A stretch of 64,000 nucleotides of DNA from a virus, in IMG/VR virus record IMGVR_UViG_3300042889_002115, positions 34,930 to 98,929 of that record; one strand, given 5' to 3'. A model generated the notes under the pieces. The model ran no database searches. It was not told the origin of the DNA and saw nothing but the letters and a program-made list of their open reading frames with translations. Numbering within the stretch: position 1 is the stretch's first letter; each line of letters starts with the position of its first letter. The translations under genes and the position numbers were made by a program. Below are positions 56,068 to 64,000 of the stretch, one piece after another.

Positions 56068-56835
56068 ATGGATCACTACAAAACACTTGATGTTGCTCGT
56101 ACTGCCACTCCGGACGAAATAAAAAAAGCCTATCGCAAGCTGGCTTCTCAACATCATCCTGACAAAGGCGGCAACACTGTCAAGTTTCAAGAACTGCAAA
56201 CTGCATACGATACCCTGAGCGATCCTGCCCAGCGAGCTGAATACGACAACCCTAGACCGCAGTTTTCAGGATTCCCCGGCGGTGGATTCAACATGCACGA
56301 CATCTTTGGACAGATGTTTGGTCAGCAGTCCGGACAAACATCTCGCAGAAATCATGTGCGTATGACTGTGTGGATCACCTTGCTGGATGTGGCGCAAGGC
56401 GGCAGTCGCACTGTGAATGTAGGCACATCAACAGGGTCCAGCACCGTGCAAATTGAAATCCCAAAAGGCATCAACGATGGAGACAATGTTCAATACAGTG
56501 GCGTGGGCCCAGGTGGTGTAGACCTGATTGTGCAATTTCGAGTCCGCCCAGATGCCAGATGGCGCCGAGAAGACCTCAATCTCTACTGCGAGCATCGTGT
56601 GCCAATCTGGGACCTGATTCTAGGAGTCGAGACCGAAGTGATCAATATACTAGGACACCAATTGGTTGTGGGTGTGCCGCAAGGCACTCAACCGGGCACC
56701 ACCATGCGACTGAAAGGACATGGCCTGCAGGATCGTCACGGCCAAACAGGAGATCTAATGTTACGTGTTCAAGGCGAAATACCCAAAACAATTGCCCCAG
56801 AAATTGTGGCGGCCATACAACAATACCAAAAATAA
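56068..56835 (+). CDS. dnaJ: DnaJ/CbpA-type co-chaperone (no zinc finger)
   Basis: J-domain with HPD; G/F region; DnaJ C-terminal domain. Confidence 0.92.
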   Translation: MDHYKTLDVARTATPDEIKKAYRKLASQHHPDKGGNTVKFQELQTAYDTLSDPAQRAEYDNPRPQFSGFPGGGFNMHDIFGQMFGQQSGQTSRRNHVRMTVWITLLDVAQGGSRTVNVGTSTGSSTVQIEIPKGINDGDNVQYSGVGPGGVDLIVQFRVRPDARWRREDLNLYCEHRVPIWDLILGVETEVINILGHQLVVGVPQGTQPGTTMRLKGHGLQDRHGQTGDLMLRVQGEIPKTIAPEIVAAIQQYQK

Positions 56836-56837
56836 AC

Positions 56838-56866
56838 TTGCATTGCAGTTGGCATTGCGTTATAAT
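56838..56866 (+). promoter_or_regulatory. sigma70-type promoter
   Basis: TTGCAT-17-TATAAT. Confidence 0.7.
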
Positions 56867-56890
56867 AAACAAAACAACTCAAGGATTCCA

Positions 56891-59149
56891 ATGACCCCTA
56901 CTCCCGAAATTGAACACATTGTTGATCAGGCTGTGAAAATTGCACAGGAGCGGCAGCACGAATATGTGACCTCTGAACACCTGCTGTTGAGCATGATTCG
57001 ATATGCACCTTTTAGAAAAACTGTGGCCAATTTTGGTGTGGACACTGACCACATGGACCAGGAAATTGATGTATATCTAAAAAGCCTTGTGAGCCTGGTC
57101 AACCCCGACGTTGATGTGCCTAAAAAGACACAGGCCCTGGAACGCATTTTTAACCGTGCCAACGTACAGGTCATGTTTACCGGTCGTCGCAACCTTACCG
57201 TGATTGATCTGTATCTTTCAATCATGAGCGAAGGCAATAGTCACGCACAATATTTCATGTTGAAATTTGGCATGAAGAAATCAGAGTTTGTGGAGTTCTG
57301 GCAAAAGAATTATCGACCCACTGATGTCAAACTCAGTAGCAGCCAGGCCGACAGCATTCTAAACGAATACTGCACTAGTCTTACTGCTTGTGCTGAAAAA
57401 GATCAGTTAGAACCCATGATTGGTCGAAGCAAAGAACTGGAAGAAATGATCACCGTGCTGGCTCGACGCTTCAAGGCCAATGTGCTCATGGTTGGCGATC
57501 CTGGTGTGGGCAAAACACACATTGTGGATGGCCTGGCACAGGAAATCATTGCCGGACGTGTGCCCGAGTTCCTAAAAGGGCATGAAGTCTGGAGTCTTGA
57601 AATTGGCAGCCTGCTGGCAGGTTCTAAATATCGCGGCGAGTTTGAAGAAAAATTTAAAGCAGTTATTTCTGCTCTGGAATCCAAGAAAAACTGTATCCTG
57701 TTTGTGGACGAAGCGCACACCATGAAAGGTGCGGGTGCAGGGTCAACTGCAGGGCTGGACTTTGCCAACATGCTGAAGCCGGCTATTACCAAAGGCAACC
57801 TCAAGGTTGTGGCGTCAACCACCTGGGAAGAGTACTACGAAAGCTTTGAAAAAGATCGTGCACTCATGCGTAGATTCTATCGACTCAGCATTGACGAGCC
57901 CGATGCAGAAACCACGGAAAAGATCCTGATTGGCCTCAGTCCGCGCCTGGAACAGTTTCACAATGTGTTGATTGACACAGAAGCCATGATCACTGCAGTG
58001 GAACTGGCTGCTCGTTACATTCATGACCGCAAGAATCCTGACAAAAGTATTGACATCATTGATGCTGCTTGTGCTCGAGAGCGTGTGAAAGATCAAGGCA
58101 CAGTCACCGTCACTCGAGACATGATTGAACAGCAGGTGGCTCGCATGACTGGCGTGCCCACGGACAAACTGCAAAACGAGCGATCAGCCAAGATTGTGGA
58201 ACTGGAATCAAACATCAAGCAAAAACTGTATGGGCAAGACTCAGCTGTGGACGCTGTGCTGGATCGAGTGTACATCAGCTTTGCTGGCATCAGCAACGAA
58301 AAACGACCCATGGCCAGTTTCTTGTTCTTGGGTCCAACCGGTACAGGCAAAACTGAACTGGCACGATTGTTGAGCCAAAATCTTGACATGCATCTACTCA
58401 AGTATGACATGAGCGAGTTTCAAGAGCGGCACAGTGTGAGCGGCTTGATCGGTGCTCCCCCAGGCTATGTGGGTTTTGAAGATGGCAACGTGGGCGGCGG
58501 CAAACTGATTTCTGACATCAGTAAGAATCCGTTCAGCATCATCTTGTTTGACGAAATTGAAAAAGCACATCCTGACGTCAGTAACATCTTGCTACAGATG
58601 CTGGACGAAGGTGTGATTACCAGCAGTGGTGGCAAACGAGTCAACGTCAAGAACTGTATCATTATCTTGACATCCAACCTGGGTGCTGCTGCCAGTGAAG
58701 TCAACAACATTGGCTTTGGTTCGCAGGAAAAAAGCGGAGAAGATGAGCGAGCACTCAAGGAGTTTTTCAAACCTGAAATGCGTAACCGTATTGATCAGAT
58801 TGTGAAGTTCTCCAAGCTGGACACCCTGGCTATCAAGAAAGTGGTTGTGAAGTTTGCCGAAGAACTCAAGACCAGCTTGCTGGCCAAGAACATTCGACTC
58901 AACATGACCGAAGCTGTGATTGACATGCTGGCTGACAAAGGATATGACTCCAAGATGGGTGCACGACCCCTGAGTCGCAAGATTGACCAGTTGATTCGAG
59001 TGCCACTCAGCAAGCGAATCTTGTTTGATCGGCTGGCAGACTGCGACATCACTGCGGACATGAATGGTGATGATGTGGTGTTTGATGCAGTGGCTCACGA
59101 AATTCCTGTGGTAGGCGATGACGGAATTATTCGATTTCCCACTCCATGA
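56891..59149 (+). CDS. clpA: Clp ATPase, ClpA-type
   Basis: Clp N-domain; GDPGVGKT and GPTGTGKT; IGF loop (NNIGFG); no M-domain; GARPL. Confidence 0.93.
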   Translation: MTPTPEIEHIVDQAVKIAQERQHEYVTSEHLLLSMIRYAPFRKTVANFGVDTDHMDQEIDVYLKSLVSLVNPDVDVPKKTQALERIFNRANVQVMFTGRRNLTVIDLYLSIMSEGNSHAQYFMLKFGMKKSEFVEFWQKNYRPTDVKLSSSQADSILNEYCTSLTACAEKDQLEPMIGRSKELEEMITVLARRFKANVLMVGDPGVGKTHIVDGLAQEIIAGRVPEFLKGHEVWSLEIGSLLAGSKYRGEFEEKFKAVISALESKKNCILFVDEAHTMKGAGAGSTAGLDFANMLKPAITKGNLKVVASTTWEEYYESFEKDRALMRRFYRLSIDEPDAETTEKILIGLSPRLEQFHNVLIDTEAMITAVELAARYIHDRKNPDKSIDIIDAACARERVKDQGTVTVTRDMIEQQVARMTGVPTDKLQNERSAKIVELESNIKQKLYGQDSAVDAVLDRVYISFAGISNEKRPMASFLFLGPTGTGKTELARLLSQNLDMHLLKYDMSEFQERHSVSGLIGAPPGYVGFEDGNVGGGKLISDISKNPFSIILFDEIEKAHPDVSNILLQMLDEGVITSSGGKRVNVKNCIIILTSNLGAAASEVNNIGFGSQEKSGEDERALKEFFKPEMRNRIDQIVKFSKLDTLAIKKVVVKFAEELKTSLLAKNIRLNMTEAVIDMLADKGYDSKMGARPLSRKIDQLIRVPLSKRILFDRLADCDITADMNGDDVVFDAVAHEIPVVGDDGIIRFPTP

Positions 59150-59811
59150 CAGCCACAAGAAACGTTGCCACTTCACAGTTGTATTTTGGCCAGTATCAGT
59201 ACTGTCTCAGCTTTGGCATGCTGTACTCAGCACAGATGCGCAAGCTAGATCCTGAACGGATCCTGACCAACATACGCTGGAAAAACTCCAGAGTTGTGGG
59301 ATATATCAGCCGAGGAAATATGTTTGTAGACCAACAAGAACTGGTTGCCGCTGAACTGGCCTGTCTGGAACTAGCTGCTGAATTACAGTCAGCTGCGGAA
59401 CCGTTTAGGCGTGTGTGCCAGTGGGAATCACAGGCTATTTACAGCAACGATCATGCCTGGCTGTTGCGCTTGGCCAAGTTTCCGGGCCTAGACAATCAGC
59501 TAATTTCCACTGCTGTGGTCAGTCGTCCACACAATCAGATACAGTTGAAACAAAGTGACTGGGCATGGCGCAGCTACTTTCGGGAACAACGTCTGGATCA
59601 ACCGGCGGCTGCTCGCCTGCGTGATTTTTTTCACAGTCGTGGCAACTATTTCAGACTCACTGACTCTTTTCGGCATCGTTTGGCACAGCCTGCATTCTAC
59701 ATGCAGCGTTGGCAGTTTGTGGATCATCACACGGAAGCAGACGTTACCATGCTGACCATGTTCATGCCCGGGCTGGTAAGAAAGACCGTACCCATCACTG
59801 TGACTAAATAA
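59146..59811 (+). CDS. Hypothetical protein
   Basis: ATGA overlap; 221 aa. Confidence 0.65.
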   Translation: MTATRNVATSQLYFGQYQYCLSFGMLYSAQMRKLDPERILTNIRWKNSRVVGYISRGNMFVDQQELVAAELACLELAAELQSAAEPFRRVCQWESQAIYSNDHAWLLRLAKFPGLDNQLISTAVVSRPHNQIQLKQSDWAWRSYFREQRLDQPAAARLRDFFHSRGNYFRLTDSFRHRLAQPAFYMQRWQFVDHHTEADVTMLTMFMPGLVRKTVPITVTK

Positions 59812-59817
59812 TACACT

Positions 59818-59985
59818 ATGGCAAAAATCATCGAACACGTTCTGGTAATAAAATTCAGTAAAATTGCAAAAGACTCAGAATCTGAATCTGCAGCAATTGT
59901 CAGTGCCGACATTCAACAAGCACTGGAACAAGTGGCCCAGGAACTGGTGGGCAGCAGTATTGTGGTGGAAATTGGACCAGCATGA
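59818..59985 (+). CDS. Small late protein (55 aa, not in ORF track)
   Basis: MAKIIEHVLVIKFSKIAKD...ALEQVAQELVG...VEI; TAAATA at 59805. Confidence 0.7.
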   Translation: MAKIIEHVLVIKFSKIAKDSESESAAIVSADIQQALEQVAQELVGSSIVVEIGPA

Positions 59986-60344
59986 TCACCACTGAAACAC
60001 TGCTGACTGCTGTGATTCACGGAACTCCGTCAGGCAACTACGACGGGTCCAGTCAGGACTGGTTCAGTGACGCAGTCAAAGCTGCTGACTACTATCGTGG
60101 TCGCGGCGGTGTACAAACCATTGGATTTAGTGTTACTGGATTTCAGGGCGAAATTATAATAGAAGCCACACTAGACACAGATCCTGATTCGGCTGCTTGG
60201 TTTGTCACACTGACCTACGGCGACGCCAGCAGTGTGATCACACAAACGCTGTCTGAATCTGTTGTGGGCAATTTCACTTGGCTGCGGGCCAGGATTGAGG
60301 CATTTGAATCCGGCACCATCAACACAGTGACTGCAACCTACTGA
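59982..60344 (+). CDS. Beta-rich putative structural protein
   Basis: YY....G.QT......F.G.I.IEATL..DP....WF...GNFTWLRA. Confidence 0.7.
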   Translation: MITTETLLTAVIHGTPSGNYDGSSQDWFSDAVKAADYYRGRGGVQTIGFSVTGFQGEIIIEATLDTDPDSAAWFVTLTYGDASSVITQTLSESVVGNFTWLRARIEAFESGTINTVTATY

Positions 60345-60345
60345 A

Positions 60346-60780
60346 ATGGACACTTCTAGAATTTCATTTGAGATCTCTCCTTCGGATCAGGCTTGTCCAC
60401 TAGGTGTGGAAGTTTGGCTAGATCAACAACAAATTTTCAACACCGAACATCTTGCTGACACAGTTAATGTATCACATGATATTGACGAAAACAATGCCGA
60501 ACACGTACTGCGTGTTGTACTCAAGCACAAAAAAACCGAGCATACCACAGTAGATGCTGATGGCAACATCACACAAGACGCTGTGATCAATGTTGGCTCA
60601 TTTAAATTTGAAGAAATTGATATCAATCAAACGGTTCAGGATCTGGCCATTTACACCCACGATTTTAACGGTTCAGGCAACACAACACAAAGCAAGTTTT
60701 TTGGCAGCATGGGCTGCAACGGCACCCTGAGTCTAAAGTTTACCACTCCTGTTTATCTCTGGTTGCTGGAACACATGTAG
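60346..60780 (+). CDS. Hypothetical protein (paralog of 3885..4316)
   Basis: MGCNGTLSLKFTTPVYLWLLE. Confidence 0.7.
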   Translation: MDTSRISFEISPSDQACPLGVEVWLDQQQIFNTEHLADTVNVSHDIDENNAEHVLRVVLKHKKTEHTTVDADGNITQDAVINVGSFKFEEIDINQTVQDLAIYTHDFNGSGNTTQSKFFGSMGCNGTLSLKFTTPVYLWLLEHM

Positions 60781-60795
60781 GGCTAAATACCTGGT

Positions 60796-63093
60796 ATGAA
60801 ACAATTAGTCATCATGCCTGGCGGATTTCACCCTTTTCACGCAGGCCATCTAGCACTTTATCAATCTGCTGTTCAGGCTTTTCCTGGCGCTGATGTCAAA
60901 GTAGCTGCTACCAACGACACATCAACTCGTCCATTCCCTTTTGCACTCAAAGAAAAACTAGCACAACTGGCAGGAGTCGCCCCGGGCAACTTTTATCAAG
61001 TCAAAAGTCCATTTCGTGCTGAAGAGATTACCAAGAGTTACAATCCTGCTACCACACAGTTGATCTTTGTTCGCAGTGAAAAAGATGCCAACAAACTACC
61101 GCAAGCAGGAGGGGTCAAACGTGATGGCGCACCTGCATATCTGCAGCCCATCAGTGATCAACTGGCACCAATGACTCAGCATGCCTACATGGTGTACTTG
61201 CCCACAGTGGAGTTTGGTCCAGGCATGACCAGTGCCACAGAAATACGCTCTGCCTGGCCCACACTCACAGATCGCCGCAAAACAGCCTTGGTCATGAGCT
61301 TGTACCCCAAAACACAACGCAACCCCAAACTGGCTGCTGTTGTGGTCAAAATGCTGGATACTGCCATTGGCACACAAGAAGTAGATGAAAGATCGCTGAA
61401 AGAATTTGCTCCCGGGTCAGGCGGTGATGACGACATCGGCGATGATCCCTACAAGTATCCCAAGCCAGAGCGGTACCGTCGCAGTGCGGATTACTTTGGC
61501 CAATTTGAAGCAGATCATTTTGATCGTGAAGCCTTTGATGATGCCACTGGTGAGTTCAAAGGCTACTGGGGGCGTACACCAATTGCTTATTTCAAGTTTG
61601 ACAACCCAGCACGAACTGGCAGCGATGATCCGGGCCGAGGCTGGTACTACGAACCACAGTCAAACAACAGCGGTGACGACACCAGTGCCGAACCTGCTGA
61701 TGATAACGCTGAGCAACGCAAGCAACAAGAGTTGGGCATGATCCGTCAGTTTTTGAAATCTGGCAATCGACCAAATCCAGACAGTCAAATTGGTCGATTG
61801 ATGAAAAAACATGGCATAGAGGAAGATCTAAGCCGCAGAGGATTCTTACGAGGCCTAGGCGCTGCGGCTGCTGGTGCGGTCGGTGTTGGCGCTGCTGGTC
61901 CGGCTCAAGCACGATCAACTGATGCGTCACGAAAAGAAGATGCTGAGGCCTTGGCATTACTGGCCAAAGGTATGACTCCTGAACAAGTTGCTAAAAAATT
62001 AGGAGTTGCTGGACCAAATCACGGGCAGACCCATCATATGGGTGGTCGGTGGGCTTCAATCAATCGGGCAGCAGCACAGCTCCGACGACAACGAGGCCTA
62101 AACGAATTTGCAATGGGCGGCGGTGACGATGACGGCAACGATGGCTTCAGTGATGACACACTTAAACAGCTGGCAGCACAGTGGTACAATGGCGACGAAG
62201 ATCCCAGAGTAGAACAAACACTGGCAGCAGCAGGTTGGGAAATTGGTCAAGATGAAGGCTATGATGATACACCGGGTGTGTTTGTGGTGCAGGCCGGAGA
62301 CATCAACGGCAACAGCTATATCAGTTGGCCTGCCCACGAACTAGAAGGCCTGGCCGAAGCAAGCAAGCAAGGTGTGGCGGAAAACTTTGCTGATGGTAAA
62401 AACCCACAAGACAAAGGTGATGCCAAGCGTCACGGTATCAACACCAAGGCCAGTGTAAGCAGTCTACGCAAAACTGCCAAGCAAGGTGGACGCAAAGGAC
62501 AACTGGCACACTGGTTGGCCAACATGAAAGCTGGCCGAGCCAAGAACGAGGACATAACAGAAGATAATGACTGCCCTCCGGCTACACAGGATATCTCACT
62601 CAATCTCAAGAACAGACAAAAAGCCATCAACGAATACGGTTACGGTCCGCTCAACCCAGACTTGCCCAACACCAAGTTCTGGATGAAAAAGGTTGATGAG
62701 TGGAATCTAGACAGCATGGAAGAAGCACAAAGCAGCTTGTGCGGTAATTGTGCAGCATTTGACATACGACAAGAAACTCTAGACTGTATTGCACAAGGTA
62801 TTGATAGTGATAGTCCCGAAGACGCCGAAGGTGTGATTGATGCTGGCGACTTGGGCTATTGCAAGTTCCTAAAGTTCAAGTGTGCAAGCCGCAGAACATG
62901 TGATGCTTGGGTAACCGGTGGACCACTAGAGGACAAACCAGTTGACGAAAATCAAGGTTGGGCAGCAACATACCAAGAAGCAGACTCTGACTATATTGAA
63001 GAAAAGTGGAGCGCAAAATACAAGAGCAGTATCAATTGTGCCAATCCCAAAGGATTTAGTCAAAAAGCTCACTGCGCTGGTCGTAAAAAATAG
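60796..63093 (+). CDS. HxGH nucleotidyltransferase-like domain followed by a string of E-delimited modules (polyprotein)
   Basis: PGGFHPFHAGH...SATEIR; junctions LKE, IEE, LNE, LAE, VAE, ITE, VDE, IEE; TAAATA 6 nt upstream. Confidence 0.8.
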   Translation: MKQLVIMPGGFHPFHAGHLALYQSAVQAFPGADVKVAATNDTSTRPFPFALKEKLAQLAGVAPGNFYQVKSPFRAEEITKSYNPATTQLIFVRSEKDANKLPQAGGVKRDGAPAYLQPISDQLAPMTQHAYMVYLPTVEFGPGMTSATEIRSAWPTLTDRRKTALVMSLYPKTQRNPKLAAVVVKMLDTAIGTQEVDERSLKEFAPGSGGDDDIGDDPYKYPKPERYRRSADYFGQFEADHFDREAFDDATGEFKGYWGRTPIAYFKFDNPARTGSDDPGRGWYYEPQSNNSGDDTSAEPADDNAEQRKQQELGMIRQFLKSGNRPNPDSQIGRLMKKHGIEEDLSRRGFLRGLGAAAAGAVGVGAAGPAQARSTDASRKEDAEALALLAKGMTPEQVAKKLGVAGPNHGQTHHMGGRWASINRAAAQLRRQRGLNEFAMGGGDDDGNDGFSDDTLKQLAAQWYNGDEDPRVEQTLAAAGWEIGQDEGYDDTPGVFVVQAGDINGNSYISWPAHELEGLAEASKQGVAENFADGKNPQDKGDAKRHGINTKASVSSLRKTAKQGGRKGQLAHWLANMKAGRAKNEDITEDNDCPPATQDISLNLKNRQKAINEYGYGPLNPDLPNTKFWMKKVDEWNLDSMEEAQSSLCGNCAAFDIRQETLDCIAQGIDSDSPEDAEGVIDAGDLGYCKFLKFKCASRRTCDAWVTGGPLEDKPVDENQGWAATYQEADSDYIEEKWSAKYKSSINCANPKGFSQKAHCAGRKK

Positions 63094-63143
63094 TCAGCTC
63101 TGCTATACTCTGTAAATAGTTATATACTTTTACGGAGAACCCA

Positions 63144-64000
63144 ATGGCCGACGCCTTACCAACTACTACACCCCCAACTGATCCTGCTGCAACAACTCAG
63201 CAAAATATCCAGGTAAATTTGGATTACTTGCGTACCACACGAGTTCACATGTGCATGCCCTGCTATGGCGGACAACTGACTGAAAGCACATTCATGAGCT
63301 ACATCAAGTGGGCCAACATGGCACGCCAATTGGGCATTGAGTGGACAGTAGAAACCATGACCAATGAGAGCTTGATCAGTCGAGCACGTAACACACTCAC
63401 TGCCAAGTTTTTGGCCACCGAAGGCTCAACGCACTTGATGTTTATTGACGCTGATATTGGTTGGGAACCCTGGCATTTACTGGTCATGATGGATGCACAA
63501 AAAGATGTCATCGGCGGCCTGTACCCAATGAAAAGCCTGCCTATCAAATGGTGCGTGAATGGCATTCCGGGGGTAGACGAAGACCCCAATAGCAACTTGA
63601 TTGAAGTGTCCAAAACTGGCACGGGTTTTATGTTGATCAAGCGTGATGTGTTTGAAAAATTAAACGCACATCCTGCTACCAAGCCCTTTGCCAACGACAT
63701 TGGACTTGACCCTAGCTTGAATCAGTACATGAAAACCTACTTTGACACTGCGGTACGTGAAGGTCGCTACTATTCGGAAGACTGGACATTCTGCGAAAAC
63801 TGGCGTGATTTGGGTGGACAAGTCTGGGTGGACAAGCGAGTGCTGTTGCGACACACAGGCACTTACACATTTGATGCGGCCACGCAAGACAAACTGTACA
63901 ACGACCTGCATGCCATGGTGCTGGCCAAGCAAGCACCCACACAGCCCTTGCACAATATAGCACCGGAGGTGCTTGCAGCAGAATCCAACGCCGAAGTCAT
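63144..64000 (+). CDS. GT-A fold glycosyltransferase (3'-truncated; absent from ORF track)
   Basis: MPCYGG, ESLISRARN, FIDAD (DxD), GTGFMLIKR, SEDWTFC; TAAATA at 63113. Confidence 0.88.
   Translation, partial: MADALPTTTPPTDPAATTQQNIQVNLDYLRTTRVHMCMPCYGGQLTESTFMSYIKWANMARQLGIEWTVETMTNESLISRARNTLTAKFLATEGSTHLMFIDADIGWEPWHLLVMMDAQKDVIGGLYPMKSLPIKWCVNGIPGVDEDPNSNLIEVSKTGTGFMLIKRDVFEKLNAHPATKPFANDIGLDPSLNQYMKTYFDTAVREGRYYSEDWTFCENWRDLGGQVWVDKRVLLRHTGTYTFDAATQDKLYNDLHAMVLAKQAPTQPLHNIAPEVLAAESNAEV

Noticed and set aside
56891-59149. ClpB disaggregase call
   Set aside because: No coiled-coil M-domain and an IGF loop is present, so ClpA-type

Overview
This is a 64-kb segment of a large lytic dsDNA tailed phage (jumbo/T4-like regulatory logic, standard genetic code). 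The host is inferred to be Gram-negative, probably Betaproteobacteria (Bug/TctC protein, spanins, PBP7-like peptidase). Layout: (1) 1-4.3 kb, two clpP genes flanking an inverted putative head-cargo gene, then a radical SAM gene; (2) 4.3-23 kb, early/accessory region of small genes behind many near-consensus sigma70 promoters, including a ParB-like/GIY-YIG/HNH-like operon, Hc1-like protein, SleB, S11 peptidase, IF-1, SOD and ErpA; (3) 23-35 kb, tail fibre/baseplate-like structural genes; (4) 35-43 kb, DnaE fragment, GroES, four tandem fatty-acid desaturases, clamp loader, HAD nucleotidase and PhoH; (5) 43-49 kb and 60.8-63.1 kb, putative head-packaged polyproteins built of modules separated by [ILV]-x-E sites; (6) 49-54 kb, methyltransferase, TctC, APS kinase and sulfotransferase-like genes; (7) lysis cassette, DnaJ, ClpA and a truncated glycosyltransferase. 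Late genes sit behind TAAATA motifs. The best candidate for an undescribed system is the modular, protease-processed virion-cargo polyprotein set. It has DNA-conserved GVAE junctions, a module shared between two genes, and a cryptic internal Tat signal that would become N-terminal only after cleavage. No tRNA, rRNA, CRISPR array, intron or intein was recognised. All calls come from reading motifs by eye; no database search was run.
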